From positions 9,681 through 73,680 of the forward strand of contig JAKAMG010000008.1 of the NCBI GenBank assembly GCA_021812985.1: a DNA stretch of 64,000 nucleotides, given 5' to 3'. Source of the stretch: Bacteroidota bacterium. Its GTDB lineage: Bacteria > Bacteroidota > Ignavibacteria > Kryptoniales > JAKASW01. Both the position numbers and the translations under genes were made by a program. This document shows positions 25,636 to 33,633 of this stretch, piece by piece; position 1 is the first letter of the stretch; each line of letters starts with the position of its first letter. Below the pieces are notes generated by a model. The model saw only the letters and a list, made by a program, of their open reading frames with translations, had not been told where the DNA came from and searched no databases.

Positions 25636-25919
25636 CAGTTTTTGAGCGGCTCGATACGCTCGAGACCCACGAAGAGTCGTCGACCTCTCGTGAGAGTCAT
25701 CCCACCGTGGGATATCGCCGAAATGATCAGACGAGCACCTCGATGTCTTCTGAATCCGGGAGCAGATCAACCGCATTCAACTGCTCCATGGTCACGACAG
25801 CCAAGGGTTTGAGGAGTCAAGGTATAAGTCGGGTTTCAAACGACTTAAGTTCCAAAAATTTGAGAGCAATAAGGATCGGTAATTACCGGATGAGATCGCC
25901 GGGGGTTAGTTTCTCGAGA

Positions 25920-25942
25920 ATCGGAGCCTCCTCCGATTTTTT
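25920..25942 (+). terminator. Intrinsic-terminator-like hairpin at the end of the thrS leader
   Basis: ATCGGAG-CCTC-CTCCGAT followed by TTTTT, ending 14 nt before the thrS ATG. It lies 285 nt downstream of tRNA-Val. Confidence 0.6.
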
Positions 25943-25955
25943 ATTATGAACAGAA

Positions 25956-27866
25956 TTGTACTATATGCCTAAAATAACCCTGCCTAACAAATCGGTCATT
26001 GAAGTTGAGCCGTCTACCCCAGCGGTAGAAGTTGCGAAGAAGATCAGCCGGTCCCTGGCTGAAGATGCCCTTGCCGTGAAAATCAACGGCAAGGTGTCGG
26101 ATCTCAGTGCGCCGATCACAGGCGATTGCGACATTCAGTTTTTGACCTTCGATGATCCAGAAGGGCGCGAAGTATACTGGCACAGCAGCTCCCACCTTAT
26201 GGCGCACGCCATACAGGCGCTTTTCCCCGAAGCTAAGTTCGGTGTCGGACCCGCCATCGAGGATGGGTTCTACTACGATATCGACATTAACAAGACTCTC
26301 ACTCCCGCCGATCTCGAGAGCATCGAGAATAAGATGCACGAGATTGCGGACCACAACGATCCGTTCGTCAGGAAAGTCGTTCAGAAGGATGACGCGCTGA
26401 AATTCTTCAACGAGAAGAAGGATCAGTACAAGCTTGAGATCATAGGCGGGCTCGACGAGACCATAACCTTCTACAGCGAAGGTGAGTTCACGGATCTCTG
26501 CCGCGGTCCGCACGTTCCTTCGGCAGGAAAGCTGAAGTACTTCAAGCTTCTCGGCACGAGCGGCGCATACTGGAGAGGCGATAGCAAGAACAAGATGCTC
26601 CAGAGGGTATATGGAGTCTCCTTCCCGAAGAAGAAGATGCTTGAGGACCACCTCAAGATGATAGAGGAAGCGAAGCTGCGCGACCACAGGAGGCTCGGCC
26701 GCGAGCTTGAGCTCTTCGTCTTTCACGATGTTGCCCCCGGCGCCCCATTCTGGCTTCCGAAGGGAATGATAATTTTCAGGGAGCTCGAGAAATTCATACG
26801 GGCCGAGCTGGACAAGCTTAACTATGATGAAATCTCCACTCCGATGCTCGTCAAGAAGGACCTCTGGGAACAATCCGGACACTGGGGACACTACCAGGAA
26901 AACATGTTCATCCTCAAAGTCGAGGAAGACATTTATTCCCTGAAGCCGATGAACTGCCCCGAGAGCACATACGTTTACAGGCACAAGGTCAGGAGTTACC
27001 GCGATCTTCCCTTGAGATACTCTGAAATCGGGAGGCTCCACCGAAACGAGATTTCCGGAGCGCTCGGCGGAATGTTCCGCGTGCGCCAGATAACGATGGA
27101 CGACGCGCATATTTACTGCCGTCCCGACCAGATACTCGGAGAGATAAACGATCTTATAGGCCTCATCCGGCGCGTGTACGGGATGTTCAAATTCGAGGTG
27201 GCGTTCAAGCTGTCGACCCGTCCCGACGAAGCGATGGGCGACCCCAGACTTTGGGACGAAGCCGAGGCCGGACTGAGACAGGCGCTCGAGCAGAACGGCA
27301 TCAAATACGGCGTAAAGGAAAAGGACGGCGCGTTTTACGGGCCCAAGATCGACATTCAAATCAAGGACGCACTCGGAAGAGAGTGGCAGGTAGCCACGAT
27401 ACAGCTCGATTTCGTGATGCTCCCCGAGCGATTTGATCTGAACTACATCGACGTGGACGGTCAGGCCAAGAGGCCGGTGGCAATTCACCGCGCGGTATTC
27501 GGTTCGTTCGAAAGATTCGTCGGTATTCTTACCGAACATTTTGCCGGCGCGTTCCCGACATGGCTTTCACCCGTTCAGGTTGCGGTTTTGCCAATCACCG
27601 ACAGCTTCAACGAATACGCAAAATCAGTCGTAGACGCGCTTAAGAGCAGAAGCGTCAGAGCGGAACTTGACGACCGCAACGAGAAGGTCGGCTACAAGAT
27701 ACGCGAATGGGAAACGAAGAAGGTTCCCTACATGTTGATAGTTGGTCAGAAGGAAAAGGACGCCGGCTCCGTCTCCGTCAGAAAACACCATGAGGGAGAC
27801 AAGGGCGCACAGCCCCTTCCCCAATTCATAGAGAACATCACTAAGGAAATTGTAGAAAAAACTTAG
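25956..27866 (+). CDS. thrS: Threonine--tRNA ligase
   Basis: 636 aa. TGS domain, editing-domain HSSSHLMAHA, class II core (FRELE...RGPH, HRNEISGALGGMFRVRQITMDDAH) and a C-terminal anticodon-binding domain. Confidence 0.97.
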   Translation: MYYMPKITLPNKSVIEVEPSTPAVEVAKKISRSLAEDALAVKINGKVSDLSAPITGDCDIQFLTFDDPEGREVYWHSSSHLMAHAIQALFPEAKFGVGPAIEDGFYYDIDINKTLTPADLESIENKMHEIADHNDPFVRKVVQKDDALKFFNEKKDQYKLEIIGGLDETITFYSEGEFTDLCRGPHVPSAGKLKYFKLLGTSGAYWRGDSKNKMLQRVYGVSFPKKKMLEDHLKMIEEAKLRDHRRLGRELELFVFHDVAPGAPFWLPKGMIIFRELEKFIRAELDKLNYDEISTPMLVKKDLWEQSGHWGHYQENMFILKVEEDIYSLKPMNCPESTYVYRHKVRSYRDLPLRYSEIGRLHRNEISGALGGMFRVRQITMDDAHIYCRPDQILGEINDLIGLIRRVYGMFKFEVAFKLSTRPDEAMGDPRLWDEAEAGLRQALEQNGIKYGVKEKDGAFYGPKIDIQIKDALGREWQVATIQLDFVMLPERFDLNYIDVDGQAKRPVAIHRAVFGSFERFVGILTEHFAGAFPTWLSPVQVAVLPITDSFNEYAKSVVDALKSRSVRAELDDRNEKVGYKIREWETKKVPYMLIVGQKEKDAGSVSVRKHHEGDKGAQPLPQFIENITKEIVEKT

Positions 27867-27876
27867 GAGACAGCCT

Positions 27877-28437
27877 ATCAACACACCCAAACTTAGGATC
27901 AACAGCGAAATCAGAGCGGCAAACGTCCGCCTGATCGACTCTGACGGGAAGCAGCTCGGAGTAATGCAGCCGCGCGAAGCCTTGAGGCTCGCGGAGACAA
28001 GAGGGCTGGATCTCGTCGAAATAGTCCCGACCTCCAATCCACCCGTATGCAAGCTTGTCGATTACGGCAAGTATATGTACGAGGTCACGAAGAAGGAAAA
28101 GGCCAAGCTGAAAGGACAGTCATCGGCGCAGCTGAAGGAAATCAGGTTTCATCCGAACACGGACGAACACGATTTCATGTTCAAGTCAAGACACGCCAAG
28201 GAGTTTCTGGAGCAGGGCCACAAGGTAAAGGGAACTGTTCAGTTCAAGGGGCGCGAAATAACGTATGCCGCCCATGGAGAGGAGCTTCTCAGCAAGTTTG
28301 TCGAGTTCCTGGCCGAAGTGGGAAAGGTTGAACAGAAGCCTAAGTTAGAGGGAAAAAGTATGGCGGTCATAATCGCCCCCGACAAGTCGAAGAAGAAGGT
28401 CGGCGAACCGAAGCAAAAAGAGACAAAGGAGAAATAA
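27877..28437 (+). CDS. infC: Translation initiation factor IF-3, probable non-AUG (ATC) start
   Basis: The track ORF starts at Met 27964, but the frame is open from 27856. The upstream stretch INTPKLRINSEIRAANVRLIDSDGKQLGV is the conserved IF-3 N-terminal domain. ATC at 27877 lies 6 nt after AGGAGA. IF-3 genes classically use AUU/AUA/AUC starts. Confidence 0.8.
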   Translation: MNTPKLRINSEIRAANVRLIDSDGKQLGVMQPREALRLAETRGLDLVEIVPTSNPPVCKLVDYGKYMYEVTKKEKAKLKGQSSAQLKEIRFHPNTDEHDFMFKSRHAKEFLEQGHKVKGTVQFKGREITYAAHGEELLSKFVEFLAEVGKVEQKPKLEGKSMAVIIAPDKSKKKVGEPKQKETKEK

Positions 28438-28632
28438 ATGCCGAAGACAAAGACAAACCGTGCGATGGCAAAGAGAGTGAAGAGAACGGCGAGTGGCAAG
28501 TATCTTCGCGAGAAGGCTTTCAGGAGTCACATACTGACCTCCAAGACGCAGAAGAGAAAGCGTCAGCTCAGGCAGGCGGGTGTGCTTGACAAGACAGACG
28601 TGAACCGCGTTCGGGGAATGCTGAACGAGTAA
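28438..28632 (+). CDS. rpmI: 50S ribosomal protein L35
   Basis: 64 aa starting [21 protein letters not shown]..., beginning immediately after the infC TAA. Confidence 0.95.
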   Translation: MPKTKTNRAMAKRVKRTASGKYLREKAFRSHILTSKTQKRKRQLRQAGVLDKTDVNRVRGMLNE

Positions 28633-28748
28633 CACTGGCCTCGCGACGCCGCACGCCGGAAGAGTCCCTTCCTCCGAAAGTTTAGTGAGAGAAGTGACTC
28701 TTTTGGTCGGAAATGTTATATTTAAAACGATAATGGAGAAATGTTAAG

Positions 28749-29096
28749 ATGCCACGCGCAAAAAATAAGGTAGCCTCACACAGAAGGCGCAAAAAGACAC
28801 TTGAGCTGGCGAAGGGTTACTGGGGCGCACGGAGCAAGGTATACACGATTGCCAAGCACCACGTTGAGAAGGCGCTTCAGCACGCTTACAGAGATCGCAG
28901 GAAAAAGAAACGTGAATTCAGAAGCCTGTGGATAGTGCGCATCAATGCAGCGGCCCGCGAAAACGGGACCACCTACTCGCGTTTGATCGCCGCCCTGGCA
29001 AAGAAGGAAGTCTCGATCAACAGGAAAGTCCTGGCAGACCTTGCCGCGAACAACCCCGAGACGTTCAAGCAAGTCGTACAATTCGCTTTTAATTAA
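28749..29096 (+). CDS. rplT: 50S ribosomal protein L20
   Basis: 115 aa. [32 protein letters not shown]...[23 protein letters not shown]. Confidence 0.95.
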   Translation: MPRAKNKVASHRRRKKTLELAKGYWGARSKVYTIAKHHVEKALQHAYRDRRKKKREFRSLWIVRINAAARENGTTYSRLIAALAKKEVSINRKVLADLAANNPETFKQVVQFAFN

Positions 29097-29101
29097 TAAA
29101 G

Positions 29102-29151
29102 TCTTCCTGCCTTCGGAAGTTCGGTTTTTCTGAAGCGCAGGAAGATTTTTT
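29102..29151 (+). terminator. Rho-independent terminator after rplT
   Basis: TCTTCCTGC (29102-29110) pairs with GCAGGAAGA (29137-29145), followed by TTTTTT. Confidence 0.6.
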
Positions 29152-29230
29152 ATATCCGAACAACACTGCGGAGGCGCGAAGCAGTCAGGTCTGTCCCACT
29201 TTCGTTCCAAATCTTCTTCGCGTCTCAAAG

Positions 29231-30292
29231 GTGAAATCGCCGCTAATGGAAATGCAAGAAGAAATTCAGAAGGTGAAGGACGAAGCCACGGCTTCCCTTC
29301 GAGAAATCAGGACCCAAGAGGACGCGGAAAACTTCCGTCTCCGATTTCTCTCACGCAAAGGGTCGGTCGCCCAACTCTTCGACAGACTCAAAGATATCCC
29401 CAAAGAAGACAAACCCGCACTCGGCAAGGCACTCAACGAGCTGCGAAGCTTCGTCGAATCTGAGTTCGATGCGGCGAGAGGATCGATTGGCAGCACGGCC
29501 TCCCGCGAGACAGCGGGAATTGACCTCTCTATTCCGGGGAGAAAGAGATACCTCGGGAGAAAACACCCGCTCACGCAGACCGCCGAAGAGATCAAGAGAA
29601 TCTTCACGGGAATAGGCTTCGGCATAGCTGACGGACCTGAGATAGAAGACGACTATCACAACTTCGAGGCTCTCAACTTTCCCCCCGATCATCCCGCCCG
29701 CGACATGCAGGATACATTCTTTGTGAAGAACCCTGCGCAGAAGGACGCGAACCAGAACGGTAAATATGTTCTGCGGACTCATACCTCAGGCGTACAGATA
29801 CGCGTGATGGAAAACAACAAGCCGCCCCTCAGGGTGATAATGCCCGGGAGGGTCTACAGAAACGAAGCCATCAGCGCCAGAAGCTACTGCCTCTTCCACC
29901 AGGTGGAAGGTCTGTACGTGGATAAGAACGTGTCGCTCGCGGAGCTGAAGGGGACCATCTCCTACTTTGCAAAGGAATTCTTTAACGCCGAGGCCAAACT
30001 GAGATTCAGGCCAAGCTACTTCCCCTTTACCGAACCAAGCGCTGAAGTAGATGTGAACTGCTTCATCTGCGGTGGGAAGGGATGCAAGATCTGCAAGTAC
30101 TCGGGCTGGCTCGAGATAATGGGCTGCGGTATGGTCGATCCGAACGTCTTTAAGTTCGTGAAGTATGACGACCACGAGGTGAGCGGTTTCGCATTCGGCA
30201 TGGGCATAGAGAGGCTCGCCCTGCTCCGTTACGGGATCGACGACATAAGACTATTCTTCGAAAACGACATACGATTCCTAAATCAATTCTGA
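29231..30292 (+). CDS. pheS: Phenylalanine--tRNA ligase alpha subunit
   Basis: 353 aa with a GTG start. Contains HPLTQT, FPPDHPARDMQDTFF, GRVYRNE and FGMGIERLALL. Confidence 0.95.
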   Translation: MKSPLMEMQEEIQKVKDEATASLREIRTQEDAENFRLRFLSRKGSVAQLFDRLKDIPKEDKPALGKALNELRSFVESEFDAARGSIGSTASRETAGIDLSIPGRKRYLGRKHPLTQTAEEIKRIFTGIGFGIADGPEIEDDYHNFEALNFPPDHPARDMQDTFFVKNPAQKDANQNGKYVLRTHTSGVQIRVMENNKPPLRVIMPGRVYRNEAISARSYCLFHQVEGLYVDKNVSLAELKGTISYFAKEFFNAEAKLRFRPSYFPFTEPSAEVDVNCFICGGKGCKICKYSGWLEIMGCGMVDPNVFKFVKYDDHEVSGFAFGMGIERLALLRYGIDDIRLFFENDIRFLNQF

Positions 30293-30298
30293 CAAGAA

Positions 30299-32725
30299 AT
30301 GAAGATTTCACGCAAATGGCTCCAGCAACTCGTCGACCTGACCGACATAAAAGACGAGGATATCGCCGCGCGTCTCACGATGCTCGGGATTGAAGTTGAG
30401 TCTTACGAAAACCTTTCGGGCAAATACGATGGATTCGTGGTCGGGAGCGTGCTCGAGGTTGAAAAACATCCCAACGCGGACAAACTGAAGCTGTGCAAGG
30501 TCGATGTTGGCGGAGAGGTGAAGAGCATCATCTGCGGAGCACCGAACGTGGCCGTCGGCCAGAAAGTCCCCGTGGGACTCGTCGGAGCGACCGTCCCGCA
30601 TAACCAGCATGACCCTGATGGCAAGCCGTTTCAGCTCACCAGGGCAAAGATCAGGGGGGTCGAGTCGGAAGGGATGATCTGCTCGGCGCGGGAGCTTGAC
30701 CTTGGAGAGGATGCCAGCGGAATAATGGTTTTCGATGAGAGCGCGACCGCAGGGACGCCGCTCGCCGAGCATTTTGGCATGAACGACACTGTTTATGAAA
30801 TCAGCCTGACCCCCAACAGGGCCGATTGCCTCTCACACCTGGGAGTCGCACGCGAACTGGCGTCCGCGTTCTCAAGGAAGCTCACTCCGAAGAGGGCGAA
30901 ACTCCGTGAAGAGGGCCAGCCGGTCGTCGAATCTGCGAAGGTCGAAGTTCAAGCCCAGGACCTCTGCCCGAGATACTCGGCGAGGATTGTCCGCGGAATT
31001 AAGGTCGGACCGTCACCAAAATGGCTCAGCGGCGCGGTCGAACGTGTTGGGATGAGGTCAATCAATAATGTGGTCGACGCCACGAACTTCGTGATGTTGG
31101 AGTTGGGGCAACCGCTCCACGCTTTCGACCTGAAACTCGTGGCCGGACACAAGATCCTGGTCCGAAGGCCGCTCCAGGACGAAACGAAGTTTACGACTCT
31201 CGACGGGAAAGAGAGAAACATTTCTCCCGATACGCTCATGATCTGCGACAAGGAGAAGATGGTCGCCATCGCCGGAGTGATGGGGGGGATGAACAGCGAG
31301 ATAAGCTCAGAGACGACGGACATACTCATCGAGAGTGCCAACTTCTCCCCTTCTTCAATAAGGAAGACTTCAAAGACGCTCGGCCTTTCGACAGAAGCGT
31401 CGTATAGATTTGAGCGGGGAGTTGACCCGAACCTTACCCTCCAGGCCCTGGACCGGGTCGCGGAGATCATAGCAGAAACCAGTGGCGGCAAACCCGCCCC
31501 CGGAATCGTCGATGTCGCTGCGGCGAAGTTTCCGCCGACAAGGGTTGAGCTCCACGTCGACCAGGTGAACCGGCTCCTCGGCACGAGGCTGGCTTCGGGG
31601 GAGATAAAGAGGATTCTCGAATCCATCGAAATTCCATGTGATAAGAAATCAGAGACGGTGATGGTCTGCACTGTCCCGACCTTCCGCGGCGATATCCAGC
31701 GCGAGGTAGACCTCATAGAAGAAGTGGGACGCGTGTACGGTTACGAGAAGATCGCTGATTCATTCCAGACAAAGCTGAGCTTCGACTTCAGGTTCCGTGA
31801 GCAGAACTCCGGGGACAGCCTGAGGGAATACATGGCTGGGGCCGGCTTCAACGAGATGGTGACTAACTCGCTTCAGCCCGCCGATGTGGCAGGATTCCAC
31901 GATCAGGCCTTTGTCCAACTGGCAAATCCGATCAGCGAGGATATGGCGGCAATGAGGAGCTCCCTCCTCCCCGGCTCCATGCAGACAGTCGGGCTCAACA
32001 TTTCGTTCGGCCTTAAAAACATGAAGCTCTTCGAACTGGGCAAGGTTTACCGGACGTCCAACGAGCAACAGATTGTCGGAAATTTCGAGGAAACCGAGAA
32101 AATAGCCATAGTCCTCTCAGGAATCGCGGATCCCGTGTCATATGACAGGAAGGAAGCACCGTTCGACATCTTCGACCTCAAGACTGAGGTGGAGAGGCTC
32201 CTGAGCTTTCTCAAGCTTGACTCTTGGGACTTTATTTCTTATGATACTACCAAAGAATACGAACTGTCTTTAAAGTTATTTGTCAAAGGGATGGAGACGG
32301 GTCTTCTGGGCCGGGTGAGCAGAGAGGTCCTGAAGAAGTTTTCGGTAGAGCAGGATGTCTATTTTGCGGAGCTCGACCTAAAGCGGCTTCTGTCTCTGAC
32401 AGGCGGGAGGCGGAGGTTCAAGTCGCTACCGAGGTTCCCGTTTGCATCCATAGATCTTTCATTCATTGTGGATGAGAAGACTCCGGCGGCGAAGATGGTG
32501 GAAGCGTTGAAGGCCGCCGCCGGTTCTATGTACCGCGATATTTCTGTGTTCGATATTTATTCCGGAGAAGGAATTCCGGGAGGAAAAAAGAGCATTGCGT
32601 TCACAGTGGCACTCGGAAGCGAGGAGCGCACTTTGAACGATAGTGATGTAGCCGGGTTCATTGAAAAAGCAGAAAAAGCATTCAGAGAAGAGTTTTCTGC
32701 CGAATTAAGAAAACAAAAGAGCTAA
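30299..32725 (+). CDS. pheT: Phenylalanine--tRNA ligase beta subunit
   Basis: 808 aa. N-terminal tRNA-binding (OB) domain, B3/4, B5 and a C-terminal FDX-ACB domain. MKISRKWLQQLVDL is a typical N-terminus. Confidence 0.95.
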   Translation: MKISRKWLQQLVDLTDIKDEDIAARLTMLGIEVESYENLSGKYDGFVVGSVLEVEKHPNADKLKLCKVDVGGEVKSIICGAPNVAVGQKVPVGLVGATVPHNQHDPDGKPFQLTRAKIRGVESEGMICSARELDLGEDASGIMVFDESATAGTPLAEHFGMNDTVYEISLTPNRADCLSHLGVARELASAFSRKLTPKRAKLREEGQPVVESAKVEVQAQDLCPRYSARIVRGIKVGPSPKWLSGAVERVGMRSINNVVDATNFVMLELGQPLHAFDLKLVAGHKILVRRPLQDETKFTTLDGKERNISPDTLMICDKEKMVAIAGVMGGMNSEISSETTDILIESANFSPSSIRKTSKTLGLSTEASYRFERGVDPNLTLQALDRVAEIIAETSGGKPAPGIVDVAAAKFPPTRVELHVDQVNRLLGTRLASGEIKRILESIEIPCDKKSETVMVCTVPTFRGDIQREVDLIEEVGRVYGYEKIADSFQTKLSFDFRFREQNSGDSLREYMAGAGFNEMVTNSLQPADVAGFHDQAFVQLANPISEDMAAMRSSLLPGSMQTVGLNISFGLKNMKLFELGKVYRTSNEQQIVGNFEETEKIAIVLSGIADPVSYDRKEAPFDIFDLKTEVERLLSFLKLDSWDFISYDTTKEYELSLKLFVKGMETGLLGRVSREVLKKFSVEQDVYFAELDLKRLLSLTGGRRRFKSLPRFPFASIDLSFIVDEKTPAAKMVEALKAAAGSMYRDISVFDIYSGEGIPGGKKSIAFTVALGSEERTLNDSDVAGFIEKAEKAFREEFSAELRKQKS

Positions 32726-32730
32726 CGGGC

Positions 32731-33048
32731 ATGGACACAGAAACGTCCGACGAACAAACTAAACTATCAATGAAGAAGCAGCTCCTGGGAGAGCTGTGGA
32801 ACGAGGTCAGGCGGGCCGTCGACGTTGCAAACGTCATCAGGAGCGAGAACGAGTCTCTGAGGCAGAATCTCGCAAAATCGGCGGCGGAGATCGACAAGCT
32901 GAAATCAAAGATTGCCGAGCTCGAAAAGATGCTGACGGCGAGGGAGACTGCCAACACGGGCGGATTCGAGGAAAAGGAGAAGAACCGACTCCTGGAGGTA
33001 GCCAAAGAACTCATCGCCAGAATCGACAAACAACTTAGTCTCTTCTGA
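32731..33048 (+). CDS. Coiled-coil protein upstream of zapA (ZapB-like, tentative)
   Basis: 105 aa with a heptad-like charged sequence (ENESLRQNLAKSAAEIDKLKSKIAELEKML). Assignment rests on position next to zapA only. Confidence 0.45.
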   Translation: MDTETSDEQTKLSMKKQLLGELWNEVRRAVDVANVIRSENESLRQNLAKSAAEIDKLKSKIAELEKMLTARETANTGGFEEKEKNRLLEVAKELIARIDKQLSLF

Positions 33049-33059
33049 ATGCGGAGCCG

Positions 33060-33353
33060 ATGATGGATAAGAAAAGCATACGCGTAACGATCCTTGGTCG
33101 GGAATATCCGCTCCGCGTTGAAAACGAGGAAAAAGCGCTCAAAGTAGTAGCATATGTAGATTCACTGCTAAACGAACTTATTGAAAAGAATCCGGGAGCT
33201 CCAACCTCCACAATCGCAGTCATAGCCGCGCTTAATATAGCCGAGCAACTGTTTGACTTGAAGGAACACATCAACAATGAAGGCATCGACATAGCGGATC
33301 TTGTTGGCGTTCTCAGCTACTTGCGAGAAAATTTCCCGATAGAAGCGGGCTAA
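33060..33353 (+). CDS. zapA: Cell division protein ZapA
   Basis: 97 aa. IRVTILGREYPLRVENEE...VAYVDSLLNEL...IAVIAALNIAEQL matches the ZapA family pattern. Confidence 0.8.
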   Translation: MMDKKSIRVTILGREYPLRVENEEKALKVVAYVDSLLNELIEKNPGAPTSTIAVIAALNIAEQLFDLKEHINNEGIDIADLVGVLSYLRENFPIEAG

Positions 33354-33371
33354 GTTCTTTAAAAAAATCTG

Positions 33372-33610
33372 TATAGTTTTCGCCGTAACGGCGCCGTGGT
33401 TAAGCATGAAAGAACTGCTAAGTGAAAAATTATGGGAGCCCGGCTCGTGAACGATGAATGCAGGCCGCATCCATGCCCCACTATGTGGAGCCTGGATGAT
33501 CTCCGCCGCGCGCGGAATCACAGCGGAAGCATGACTCGCTCAGGAGGGCACCCACCGTGTCAAGATGGGGTTCTTTCCTATCTGCCATGATGTCGTTACG
33601 GCTTTTTTTT
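33372..33610 (+). ncRNA. Candidate 6S-like RNA (long interrupted hairpin with central bubble), or a structured rny leader
   Basis: The 5' end GCCGTAACG...GAAAGAAC pairs with the 3' end GTTCTTTC...CGTTACGGC (9 bp and 8 bp helices separated by a wobble-rich segment). Large unpaired stretches lie on both strands, followed by the inner helix TGGGAGCCC/GGGCACCCA. The element ends in T8. It sits directly after zapA, which is the ssrS position in E. coli. Confidence 0.4.
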
Positions 33611-33633
33611 GTATATAAACCTGGAGGTCAGGC

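Noticed and set aside
25636-25955. T-box riboswitch upstream of thrS
   Set aside because: I could not find the T-box sequence (AANNNGGGTGGTACCGCG / UGGN bulge) or a recognisable Stem I specifier loop with a Thr ACC codon and GA/K-turn motifs. It is kept only as a generic attenuator candidate.
25944-27539. Very long antisense ORFs opposite bona fide genes. Examples are 531 aa opposite thrS, 462 aa at 60428-61816 opposite secA, 261 aa at 6482-7267 opposite the crotonase, 222 aa at 11416-12084 opposite der and 255 aa at 30949-31716 opposite pheT.
   Set aside because: The sense-strand proteins are unmistakable conserved enzymes. The antisense translations are low-complexity (Leu/Arg/Ser/Val-rich) with no motifs. 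Such shadow ORFs are expected when sense codons TTA, CTA and TCA are rare. There is no evidence of overlapping genes.
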